Positions 48,156 to 61,224 of a DNA stretch of 64,000 bases are shown one piece after another. The notes beneath the pieces were generated by a model. The model searched no databases, was not told the origin of the DNA, and worked only from the letters and a program-made list of their open reading frames with translations. The position numbers and the translations under genes were made by a program. The stretch's first letter is position 1. Each line of letters opens with the position of its first letter. The stretch covers positions 62,001-126,000 of the forward strand of contig JAHLTZ010000040.1 in assembly GCA_025786725.1 (NCBI GenBank). Reading direction: 5' to 3'. This DNA is from Syncephalis fuscata S228 (Eukaryota > Fungi > Zoopagomycota).

Positions 48156-49017
48156 ATGTCTTCGCCACGTAGACGAATTGAGACAGATGTTATGAAACTG
48201 TAAGTAGATTGAAGCAATAGGCCGATACACTTGTTAGCTAATCTACCGATCGTAGCTTAATGAGTGATTACGAGGTCACTTTGGTCAATGATAACATGCA
48301 AGAGTTTTATGTTCGTTTCCGTGGTCCTTCTGATAGTAAGTGGTGTTTATTATAGAAATAGAGCTGTATCTAATAGTCCCTTCAATTGTTTATGATATAG
48401 CACCATTCAGTGAAGGCGTTTGGAAGATCCATGTTGAATTGCCTGATCAGTATCCTTACAAAAGCCCGAGTATTGGATTTATGAACAAAATATTTCATCC
48501 TAATATTGATGAATTGTAAGTAATTAGCAATAAATGCATCATAATACTTATTATGGGCTGTAGAAGCGGTTCTGTATGTTTGGATGTTATTAATCAAACA
48601 TGGAGTCCAATGTTTGGTAGGTAGATTTATTATAACATAACAATTCTAGTATTTACCAATATAATGTTGAATATTAATTATGGAATTGTATTTATTCTTT
48701 AGATATGATTAATATTTTTGAAGTCTTTTTGCCACAATTACTACGTTATCCAAATCCAACGGATCCATTAAATGGTGAAGCAGCAGCTTTAATAATGCGT
48801 GAACCTGAAAGTTACAATCGAAAAGTGAAAGGCGAGTATTGCGTCAATTAAGTAGTTTATTTTGATATTTATTAATATTTTACAATTTATAGAATATGTA
48901 CAGAAATATGCTACCGCTGATGCCATTGAAGCAGGTACCGATGCCAGCGAAGATGACGAGGATATGAGTTCTATTGAATCGTTTTCAGATGAAGAAACGG
49001 CGGGTATGGAGCTGTAA
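48156..49017 (+). CDS. UBC8: Ubiquitin-conjugating enzyme E2 H / Ubc8
   Basis: Motifs [48 protein letters not shown], acidic tail. The last intron has a GC donor. Confidence 0.97.
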
Positions 49018-49216
49018 ACAAACAAGCATATATTATGCATAGATTCATGGATGGCTTTTAATCATAATGCATAACTATGCGTATCTATTTGTTTGTTTGT
49101 TTTTATGTGTGTTTGTGTGTTTGTTTGTCTATTCATTTTTTTCTTTTAGTAATAAGAATTTTACTTCATTGTAATATTTAATGTTTAAAAAGGATGGTGC
49201 TATTATTGTTTATTGT

Positions 49217-50985
49217 TTATTGAGATTTAGCGGTTAATTCTGCTTCAAGTAGCTTATCTAGAATGGCGACGGCTTGATAGACATCGGTAAACCGATTATA
49301 TAGCGGAACTGGTGCCAATCGAATGCAGTTGGGCTTGCGTTCATCGCATATCACGCCGGCCTTTAACAGTGCGTCAAAAAGGGTTGTTATATCCTGTTTG
49401 AACAAGACAGACAATTGGCAACCTCGTTGATCTGGAGAACGAGGAGTAATGATACTAATGCCATACTTGTTTTCTAAGGGGCCAATAAACGTTCCAAATA
49501 AGCTGTTAGCAATAGTGATTTGGCTCGTAGTTGTTGTATTGTCGTAAGCTTAAATACTTGAAGACTACCAATAAGACTGGCTGTCGATAATGCTGGTGTA
49601 TTTGATATACGGTATGCCGCAGCACCCTGTGAAGGTTTTAACTCTACATAAAATATTAATTAATTAATTGATTAATACATTGTTTATTATATACTTACGT
49701 TCAGCCATTTCAAATCGCGTCTCTGTATCATTACTCCACCATCCGGAAAGACTGTAATAATTAAGTTTAGTTAACTTGTTTGACCGTATAATCGAATACA
49801 CCTTACCGTGGTAAATTCGAACTATTTGTATGTTTTTCATGAACATAAATACCACCAATACCACCGGCACCTGAATTCAAATACTTGTAGGAACACCAAG
49901 CAGCAAAATCAACATCCCATTCATGAAGAGCAAGTGGTACATTGCCAATAGCATGGGCCAAGTCAAATCCTACATAACATCCCTAGTATGATGGTAATTG
50001 TAGTAATAAAGGGGTCCAAATTAATAACATTCTATTGAATATATTTACCACCAGTACCTTTGCATGTCCAGCCCGTGTAATGCTTGGCATATCGAATAGC
50101 TGTCCCGTGTAGAATTGTACACCTGGAAACATAATTAGTGCCACTTCATCGCCATGTTCTTCAATAGCGCTTAGAATATCCTCTGGTCGTAACGTGTGCT
50201 CCCCTTCGCGTGGCTCTAGCATAAGCATACCATCCCGTGGATTAAAGCCATGCATTTGGATCTGAGAACTAATAGCATACTAGATTGCGATGGATGATCC
50301 ATTAGATACTAACATATTCTATCCATACTGTAACTTACTATATCTGATGGAAATGCCTTTTTTTCAAACATAATCTTAAATCGTTTGGGCGTTGGTCGAT
50401 AGAAACTGACCATTAACAGATGTAGATTAACCGTTAATGTGCCCATAATCGCCACTTCCAACGGATTGGCCCCTATTAACTAGCTATTTAGGTAACTATG
50501 TAAACAATAGCCCTTTTTTACTAACCGACCAACTTGGCACTCTGCTCAATAGCATGTTCATCGATAGTAATCCACGGTCGACCATAAGCATGTTGTGAAT
50601 GGCCTAAAACACCTCTAAACAAATTGGTTATCCACATTAAGTATTAATAGCTAACAGTTCAACTTACTCATTTGCCCATACTTCTAGTTCTTCTTGAACC
50701 AGTTGCTTAGCACGTTTTGGTAGTGCACCCAATGAATTACCGCATAAATAAACCGATTCTACTCCAGTATTTAATAAGCATTTTTGAATAATAGTGTAGT
50801 CATAGTTATAGTAATTAGTATGTACCTTTGCCGTCGGCGGCTTTTGGAATAATAAACTCTTGTCGAAGTGCCGTTAATGAGTCGCGTTTATCCATGGCTG
50901 TGGCAAACGCGCTATCTAACATGTTTAGGCCCGTTTCATGAGCTACATGCTCCAACTCATGCACTGGATGACTAGTCGACGCCAT
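49217..50985 (-). CDS. BNA5: Kynureninase
   Basis: Motifs [44 protein letters not shown] (PLP lysine), [11 protein letters not shown]. Apparent -1 deletion at 49478-49481. Confidence 0.96.
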
Positions 50986-51550
50986 CAACAAATATTTTAT
51001 GCTTGGTGGTGGTATTTTAAAAGTAGAGGTACTAGCCTAGAAGACAGAGATCCAATAGATTATTGCGGCTATTGTTGCTACTATCGTGCTGGGTGGTTAT
51101 TAATACTATTTCTGTTAGTGTGAAAAGAAGCGTGTGGATAATCTGTCAAACATAAAGCACGTATTTTATTTATATACAAATGTAGCCAATCTAGGCCTGT
51201 TTAATCTTTATTCCTCGGATGTAGATTGAAACTGGCCTCGTGGATTTTTGGTGGTTTGGGGGTCTTTAAAAAAGAAAAAGCGATTAATGATCAAATAATG
51301 GCGATAACAGTGCGAGTCTGTGTGTGTGTGCGGGAGCCTTAAGAATACCACAGATTTACTGACGTCGGTGTGCATTTTTCTCTTTCCGCTGGCCTTTTTG
51401 TTAGTTTGTTTGTCTGCTTGCTTGCTTCTATTTCATTGGCCACCGTGTAGCGTCATAGTTATTTACGGCTCCAATATCCCCAACGTTTATTAAAAGCACA
51501 TTATTGACTGATCACGCGTACGCTAGCATATAAACACCCACAAAATAATC

Positions 51551-53627
51551 ATGCTATCCCGTACGATCTCTCGATTGGCGCGTTCGTCTGCGGGACAACC
51601 ATCAACAAGTTGCGCTGGCGCAGTGCGTCGGGCCTATCCTATGGCGGCTGTTGCGTTGGCTCGCTCATCACTATCAGCACATACTGCCCGTAGCAGTGTC
51701 GTTTGCAGCACACGTTCTTTATCGTCGATTGCTCGTTCGGCCAATACCTTATCGGTACCGCGCCATGGACGCGCTTATAGCGCTAAGAGTAAGTAGCCGT
51801 ACACGACTACGGGTAATAGCTAAAACAATCAATACTTGCATGCTATTATGTTCGTCACTCTAGCCTATCCTCCCCATATTGTTATCAATATGCCGGCCCT
51901 TTCGCCTACCATGACCCATGGTAACATTGGTACTTGGAAGAAGCAACCTGGCGATGAAATCGTGCCAGGTGATGTATTGGTGGAGATTGAGACGGATAAG
52001 GCTCAGATGGACTTTGAATGTCAAGAGGAAGGTTATTTGGCCAAAATTCTAGTAGATTCTGGAGCTAAAGACGTGGATATTCGTACAGTAAGCAATAGTA
52101 ATGGTTGATTGATTATTAGTTATTAATTGTGTGTGTGTTATTATAGCCTATTGCTGTACTAGTTGAAAACAAAGATGATCTAAGCAAGTTTAGCGATTTT
52201 ACAGCGACTGAATCAGCCAAGCCTGCTGAATCAAAGCCAGAACCACCAAAAGAAACACCAGCACCAGCAGCACCCAAGTCAGAGACACCAGTGCCAGCAC
52301 CAAAGGCTGCCGCAACTACATCCAAATCAACAACAGGTAATTTGATCAAATAAATATAAATATAGTACTTAGTGTATTTTAGGACGCGTTAAAGCAAGCC
52401 CAATGGCCCGAGTAAGTGTTAAAATAGATTAATAATAATTAATTACTAATTAATGTTATTGTATAGTCACTTGCTGTTGAACATGGTATTTCACTCAAGA
52501 ATGTCAACGGCACTGGTCCAGATGGCCGTATTGTAAAATCAGATGTAGAGAAGCTGATTTCTTCTGGTAATATGAATTTATAAGTGTATTATAATTATAG
52601 ATTAATTAATATATATGTATATATGTATATGTAATAGGTGCATCGGCATCAAGCTCACCTCCAGTCCAAGCAGGTGCTGGTGGATCTGTTACCGCATCAT
52701 ATGCTGAGGCCAGTTACGAGGATATCCCATTGACTAATATGCGTAAGGTAATACCTATTACATAAATAGTAATAGCAATAATAATAATAATAATAATAGG
52801 TTATTGCTAAGCGTTTAACTGAAGCCAAACAATCAATTCCTCATTATTACCAAACAATTGAAGTTCAAATGGATAAAATCAACAAGTAAGTTGTGTATTT
52901 TTGCACAAGTATACATATATATATTTAATAATAATTTACAGATTGCGTGAAGCCTTCAACCAGACCTCAGAGGGCAAATACCGATTGTCAGTCAATGACT
53001 TTATTATTAAGGCATCGGCTCTTGCTCTTAAGGCCGTGCCAGAAGTCAACAGCGCTTGGCAGGGAGAAAGCATTAGACGGTAAATATTAATACTAATATA
53101 TAAACTGATAGCTAACATACAGCTATTAATTAAAGCTACAAGACAGCCGATATTTGTGTGGCCACTGCAACCCCCACCGGCCTTATCACACCTATTGTCA
53201 CCAAGGTAGAAGCCAAGGGGCTTGCCGAAATCTCCAACCAAGTCAAGGAGCTGGCAGGTCGTGCCCGTAAGAACGAACTTATGCCACATGAATACCAGGT
53301 GAGTCAATTGACATTGATCCTATTTATAACGACAACAACAACTTATTGTTTACTTGAATAGGGCGGTTCATTCACTATTTCGAACCTTGGTATGTATGGC
53401 ATCCAATCGTTCACGGCCATTATCAATCCTCCACAGTCCTGTATCTTAGCGGTTGGCACCACAGAAAAGAAGGTTGTACCATCGCCAACTGGAGAAGGAT
53501 TTGTCGTACATGATGTGATGAAGGTCACCCTTAGCTGTGATCATCGAGTAGTCGATGGCGCGGTTGGAGCACAATGGCTACAAGCCTGGAAAGGCTACAT
53601 GGAGAACCCTGTTACGATGATGCTTAG
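51551..53627 (+). CDS. LAT1: Pyruvate dehydrogenase E2 (dihydrolipoamide acetyltransferase)
   Basis: Mitochondrial presequence, lipoyl domain MPALSPTM...IETDKA, E3-binding GTGPDGRI, catalytic DHRVVDGA. The true end is probably MML* once a missing T at 53624-53625 is restored. Confidence 0.97.
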
Positions 53628-53943
53628 ATTCGATAAGTTTCTCCGTTTTCTATGTTCTAATTGCCTACATTTGTGTTGGCAAATCTGATTCATTGTCGTC
53701 ATTACAACAATAACAACAATAAACGCGCTATATCAATGACTATAACATAATGATCAACAAAGTAATTGCCGTTTCACTTAAGAAGTAAAGGAAAGAATAG
53801 TTTTATGCTACTTTTGTTTTATTCTTTAGTTGAATACAAATATTATTAGTATATTTAATTGTTTTTAGCAATAAAATATTGTTGATTTAGTGTGCTTTAA
53901 TAGTCATTTTGATTATATTTACGCAATTGAACTAGATATTTGT

Positions 53944-54183
53944 TCTATTGAACATGAAAACAAATAGTGAGTTTTATTTAATCATTACATTATCACATTT
54001 ATTGTTAATAAAGCTAGAGCAAAAGAGAATAGTTTTGGATAAAGCAAGATTAGATAGGTATAAAATAGTATGATTGGAATAATATAAGTAAATATAAAAT
54101 ATATGCATACTGAATAGTAAATCTATAATAAGCAGTGTTTTGATCCCTGATGTCATACGCCACCCATCGTCATGTTCAATAGA
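53944..54183. repeat. 14-bp perfect inverted repeat flanking ~210 bp of AT-rich DNA (possible MITE relic)
   Basis: TCTATTGAACATGA at 53944-53957 and TCATGTTCAATAGA at 54170-54183. Confidence 0.5.
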
Positions 54184-54848
54184 TTGGATGTTTAATTTAA
54201 TTACATGGATATTATTAATTAAATCAAATCACTATGGCGTGTGTAGCCACATCATTTATTCCACTTAATAGTGATTAACAAGACGGTTGTTGGCGTTTCA
54301 GTTGAGGAAGCACAAGTGGCACAGACATATTCTTTCTTTATTCCTTAGCTGAAACAATATTGGCAATTGCCTTGTTAATCGCTATTAAATGGGGTAAATG
54401 ATATGGTCACACACATTATAATGGCGCTATTTTACACATTGTTATTATAGACAAGAATAGTAAAATTACAAAAATAATTAATATCACAAAGTAATTACTA
54501 TTATTATCATCGCTACTACACTTTTACCAGTATCACCTTGTATCTTTTCCATTCTCCTCGTACCGACGACAACAAGCAATCACATCTACCGTCAACTACT
54601 CGTTACTGCCACTCCTTGTTTCTCTCCTTCGGTATTATTTCTCCTCGCTTATTACCAAGTGCGAAATTCATTGACCAACGACTCCTTTTCATCATTACTC
54701 GTATACTATTCAATTGCACTTGAACGTTCACTACTACTACTACTACTGCTACTACTGCTACTACTGCTACTATTTGCTGCACTCTGCCTTATTGCAACTA
54801 CGGCTATTGCTTCAATTATTGTCTTTATTAGTTGGCTTTATTATTGTC

Positions 54849-57675
54849 ATGTCTACCGTTGCGTCAAGACCGAATCTACCGGGTCGTGCGCTACAAACGC
54901 CGGTGACTCCACATACGCCGGGCTTTAGTACGGAAGAGCAAGACCCACTCTTGAAATTACTATGTCACGCTGATGTAAGCTATTAGAAGACTAATTCTTA
55001 ATACATTCATAATAATAGTATATATTCTATATGTATAGAATGGACTCGATACCATGTTGGAACGCGCAAAACAAACAGTATTTTCATGTAAAGTATGTAA
55101 AATGTATTTATTCGGTTAATTGTTATGGTGTAGCGATATAGATGGCTGACAAAGCATTGGTGTACCATTTAGGATCTATTGATATTTCTACGTAAACGTG
55201 CGGCCATCGAGGAAGAATATGGACGAGCTATGCTTAAATTAGTAGTAGCAGCAAGAAACGGTGGACCGACCGGATCGCAAACAGCAGTAAGTATAATTGC
55301 ACTGTGTAGCGGATGTGTGCATCAACGTGCATATCGCCAAGTGGAGAATATGTTTGTTACGAAGGAGTGTGAAGAAAGGAGAAAATACTACTGCTCGTCA
55401 AAGTAGTGACAACTATGACAGTGCATTCACCGACCATTGCAATGGTGATCGTCATCATGTGCAGTCGATAGAGAGAGTGAAATGTGGCCATATGCATACA
55501 AAACATCAATGCGCTGACACATGCCACGTAGTTCGTATGGAGAATCCATGCAGTCAATTTTTAAAATCCACGAGACATTGGACAAAACCACATTAAATTA
55601 TCATCGACTATTGGCGATATTGCCGAAGGATTACAATCACTACTTAAAGATACAGATCGTGCTCGTAAAAGTGTAAGTTAATATTGGTATCAGTTAAATA
55701 TTGGCTAATATAGTTTATTTAATTATTTGGTGATCAGTTAAGAGAAATGGGATTAAAATTTTATCGTGGATTACTTGAGGCAGAAACCTCAGTAGACAAG
55801 GTGTGTATGCATGTGGATGATATGTGGTGTGTGTATGTGTGTATGTGTGTGCACATGAACATTTGTATGGTTGGCTGTATGTACATGTATGTAATGTGTG
55901 ATGAGTGTGGCTGATGAGCGATTTACCTGTACAGAAGTATGCATTGACACATGTGTACATCTATACCGGTTTTATTGGTTATTCAATGTGAGATGTTCTA
56001 TAGCTTACAGGTTTTTTCTTTTTATTTATTTTATTAGGCTCGATCTAAATACGATTCATCTTGTGAAGAATGGGAACGTACACTTATACAACAAAGAAAT
56101 GGAGAAGTGCTGTCACCGGGCAGAAAGCCTGCATCCAATCCATTGTCGCGGTTTAAACAACGCACCCCACATAGTGTAAGTAGTATAGAAAGTGGATCTG
56201 TAAATACTAATAGCAACGGCAACGACTAGTTGAATCGAAATGAAGAAGATGCACGTGTACGCGTCGATTCGGCCAATGACAACTATAAAGCACAATTAGC
56301 ACTGGCCAATGCAGTACGACACGACTATTTCCACTCTAATATGCCATTAGTGCTTCAGGTGATTAGTAACAATTTATTGTATTAGCTTGTATATTTAGCA
56401 ATCTATAGGCACTATTAGAAGCACTCGAGGAATGTGACTATGGCATGCAGTATTATTTGGCCAAATATGCCTTTAATACAGAGTCTTTACAATTGTTGGA
56501 TGCCACAGCTGTATCACCATCTGATCGTAAAGGTAATGAATATCTGTATATATTAGATTAGTTTTAGTTCTAATATATATGTGTGTGTGTATATGTATAT
56601 ATTTAATTTGAAATATAGTCATAGGATTGCGGGCACAAGTTGATCAAATTAACCATCAAAAGGATTTACAAGCTTATATTATGAAATTCCATGCACGGGA
56701 TGTTGGCGTTAAACGACGTGAAGATATTCCTTACGAAGAATATCCATTCGTAAGTTATAATTATAACATTTGTTCATTAGACTAACAAACATATACAATG
56801 ATAGTCTGATCAAGCCCGTTCTATTGTTAATCCACGTCCTATTTTCGGCGTTGATTTAGCAACACAGCTTAAACGAGATAATATGGATATACCGCCCATT
56901 ATATCAAAATGTGCTGCATCTATCGAAAAGCACGGTAATATGATATACATATAATTACAAATATATCGACTAACCACTTATAATCAATTAGGTATTAAAA
57001 GTGAAGGCATCTATCGTATTTCCGGTCCTGTTTCTCAACTTCGTCAATTAAAGGCGGCATTCGACAAAGGTACTACTATCATTATTATTATTATTATTAT
57101 TATTATTGACATGGCAATGAATAACATATAAACTAACCTATTATTTATTTAGATAATGAGTTGGTAGTATTGGGTGAAAAAGATCCATTATACGATATCA
57201 ATGCCATTGCCGGTGTATTAAAACAATATTTACGTGAACTACCCGAACCACTACTTACACGCTCGTTAAGTGAAGAGTTTATACAAGCAGCAGGTAAGTC
57301 GATGGATATTTCTATTTAATTATTTACTAATAGAAATGTTATAGCCGCAGATGATACCAAATCACTGGCTGCCTGTGTTAAAAGAATGCCTATTGCCAAT
57401 GCAAAAGTATTAAATTTCCTAATTGCCCATCTATGCCGGTAAGTATTTTATTTAATGCCATTTAACACAGTTAACATATTTCTATTAGTGTACGTGACTA
57501 TGAAGCACTTAATCGTATGGGAGCCAACAATATTTCCATTATATTTGGACCCACGATCACTTGTGGCGATGAATCACTGAATCCAATGGTTGATATGGCA
57601 CGAAGATGTAAAGTCATTGAAATGATGATCATCTATCGAACGGCAATCTTTACCGGTGAAAATAATATATTTTAA
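54849..57675 (+). CDS. F-BAR + RhoGAP protein (Rgd1/Rga7-like)
   Basis: FCH motif [22 protein letters not shown], Arg finger [39 protein letters not shown]. Confidence 0.9.
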
Positions 57676-58880
57676 TCATTGCAAGACACTTGCTATTATC
57701 TATGTATTAGAACTAATTAACTATTTCATATTAATCATTTGTTTTATGCTTGCAAATAATAAATTTCGTTTTCATTCTTTCATTTATTAATTGGTTGGTT
57801 GATATGTCTTGTCATTTTAGTATTAATATTATATTACAATTAATTATTCATTTATTGATTAATTGGTGTATTAGATGGCGTGTTCGGTTTATTTGCTAGT
57901 TAATCCGCTCATTCGTTTCGTTTCGTTTCCTTTTCATCTATACTCGCTTACATATCCATTTTTTTCTGTCCAAATATAGGTACGCGTTATATTGCTGTGA
58001 ATAGTATGAGTATTACGACCACCGTGGTTACTCGACAGCAGGTAAGCGTTTAGGGTAGAGAACGCATGCTTATTTCTACCATGAATTATCGGATGTGGAA
58101 ACGGACCTGCAAATGTTGATGCGCTGCATGTGCATCATAATGATAGTAGACTAGTCATTCTCTATAGATGTTTATTGATGGTAGCATAGTTAATGGTGAT
58201 TCATTTTCTAACACGTCGATACTACTGATACAATTCAAGGCTTCATCCCATTACGTATCATATTAATCTGCTTAAAACACGCGTATTTGTAACTTGTTCT
58301 ATTTTTCTTTCCATTACAAATCAAGAAAGAATATATATATATATGTGTGTGTATTTTGAATTTAAATCTTTCTACTGCGGCGCAATTATCCTTTTCTATT
58401 TCACTTTGGATTCCTTTGGTCATCTCTTCTTTTACTTACTTGCACCACTCCTTCTTACTTTGAGATAGACTCATCTGGTCTATGTTGGCATAGTAGTCGA
58501 GTACAAGGTTGTGTACGTATACAGACGGTAGTGAATCAATTTTATTTTGATACCTGGTCGGCAGATTAAGCTCTCCTAGTCTGTTGGCACGCTTTCCCTA
58601 CAGACTGTTACTTCTACTGGCACACCAACAACAACAGCAACACCACCACCACGACAACGACGACTTTATTGTTACTACACTCTATTATTGCGCACTCAAA
58701 GCCTATTTTACTCGCTCACTCATCCTACCACATTCTTTATTTCCATCGTACTCTTTTCTTTTATACACAACAGCAATAACCAATAGCCGTTTTGCTTACC
58801 ATCCAACGAATTTATTACTATAGTCTGCTTGCTTTTCGATTGCACCTTGTTTAGACGGCCAAGGCTGCGCACTACTCAGT

Positions 58881-60977
58881 ATGTCTCATCCCGATACTGC
58901 CGATGTTGAAAATAGGACCGATGGACAGGAATTGGTATTGGATGTTGCCAACACTACCATAGACGCCGTTGTCGAGTCAGCGTTAGCGTCGTTGAGCACG
59001 TCGACCGAACAGACGACCAGTAACGAGAATGAAAAGAGTATCAAAGATGAAGAGACTGAAGATCCACTCCTGGGACTATCGGCTGATCGGACCAAGTCGT
59101 TTGGGTGCCGGCTCGTCTTCATCCAACCATTGCGCCACATGAGTTTAAATCATGGCTTGAAGAACACTCGAGCGCGGTTAATCTTAACGAGACTATGCTT
59201 GGACGTCGTCGATCGATTCTATCGCTGCACTCGTACTCAAAACGAGCCAGTGTTTCAATGGACCAAGATGTTATTGGGCCAGTGAAGGAGGAAGAGGCAG
59301 CTGCGGCTTCGGCCTCTTTCCACGATGTAGCTGACGACATGTCGACCTACGACGAGTCAACGAGTACGCTAAAGGCTGTGCTTAAACGACGATTCAGTCT
59401 AAATGTGCCTAGTAAGCTGTGATATAGCATATAGAGTGAAATAAGCATTAATCTTTATGTTTGAACAATAGAGGGACTTTTAGAGGATGAGGATAGCACA
59501 GAAGCTATAAACGAGGCGGCTCGCCATCTACAAGCAATAGAGCGAGTATGCGACGTTCTGTTAGATCACGCATATATCGTACTGGATCGACCGGTACAGC
59601 TGGTGGCCGTAGCGCTGTACTATCTCGTCGTGGTGCTCATCGACGCTTTACTTCGTCGACAAACGATCAACTTGGAGCTGATGGCGATAAAACCGACGGC
59701 GATTCACCGCCTAACAGCTCTGTACCGCCACAAGAAGAAAGAGCTAGCCTTGATGCGCTTCCAAACACCCCACCGCCCATACCAATTATGGAACCACACG
59801 CACGACTTAACTATATGCAGGATAAAGAGTTTAAAGTATTGGATCGACCATATAGCCTTGGTGCACAAAAAAGCCTACCAGAAGAGCCAATACCGTCTAA
59901 ACGATCCATGGATGCAATATCAATTAATGAACGACGTCATACTGCATTGTCAAATGTACAGCATTCAGTTGTGCGTAGTACACGTTCTAGTGATAATATG
60001 CTAGCTGCATTCCGTAAGGATAGTTCATTGGTTCGGGCGCATACAACATCAATTGGCGGCGGCAATGATGTTAGTAATGAGGAGAAGCGATCCACGAAAA
60101 AGGCATCTGCTTGGTCATGGCTATGGGGCGGTGACTCACAGGTTGAAGCAGAAACGGCTAGAATGCGTAAACGTAACATTCCTACACCAATAATTGACAC
60201 ATCAATTGCATCCGAAAATGACAGCGGTTCTGAAGGCCGACCATCAATTGAATTGGGCCAACCAAATATTGAAATGAGTCTTAATAATGGAAAAGAAACT
60301 GAAAAGAAAAAGAAGGCGGCGTATCATCGTTCTTCTTTTCATCCTCTCGTTCAAAACAGAAGCAGCAACAGAATACATCGGGACGTGGAAACGACGACGC
60401 TAATGGTAATGGTCTATCGTCGGCTTCTATTTCACCTGCATCGCCAGCCACTCCAAACCAGACTTTACTCGACGGTATGTCAGCTACTGGCGATTCAGCT
60501 AATGCGCGGTCAACACTGCCACCCATGCGCTACACGAACTACAACCGATTCCCTATTCATATTGAACGAGCCATCTATCGTCTGTCGCATGTTAAACTAT
60601 CTAATCCACGACGTGCTCTTAATGAGCAGGTGCTTATTTCAAATATGATGTTCTGGTATTTGTCGTTGATTAGCCAACAGACTGGCATGAATGCATCGAC
60701 TGAGCCATCGGCACAAGATGGTCGAGTGGCACGTGAAACAGCTGCCGTTAAAAGCCGAGTCGCTAAAGGCGCCGGTGGCCGTAAGAAGAAGAGCAGCAAT
60801 AAACGACAAGCACCTGCCGCTCCCTTACTTGGACAAGAGTTTACAACGCCTGCTTATAACGGCTATCGATCATCGGCATCGGCGTCGCCTTCAGCCTCGG
60901 AGGACGATGACGATGACGATGATGAAGATGATGTGCCATTGGCGCGTATTCGCCATAGTCCAATTCCGGCCTCGTAA
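58881..60977 (+). CDS. Zds1-like PP2A-Cdc55 regulator
   Basis: N-terminal FWVPARLHPTIAPHEFKSWL and C-terminal Zds_C YNRFPIHIERAIYRLSHVKLSNPRRALNEQVLISNMMFWYL. Apparent -1 deletions at ~59101 and ~60312. Confidence 0.88.
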
Positions 60978-61224
60978 TTATTGCCTCTTGTATGTACTAT
61001 ATCTATATCTATACACGCACTCTATCCATCTACACCAGTAGTTTATCATACACACACCTACACCTATTAGTAAAATGACCCAATCACACCAACTATATAT
61101 GATATAATTTAAAGTGTATATTTTAAATAGATTTTGTTACTTTCTAATGAATTAAATATAAATAATGAATAGAACAGTAAGCATATTAATACTAATACTA
61201 ATTTATTGGACTAAATGAAACTAT

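Noticed and set aside
48449-48460. GTATCCTT resembling a U12 intron donor in UBC8
   Set aside because: It lies inside conserved coding sequence (QYPYKSP).
53392-53688. Apparent C-terminal extension of LAT1 ([13 protein letters not shown]...)
   Set aside because: Adding one T at 53624-53625 gives the canonical MML* end, consistent with the window-wide deletion errors.
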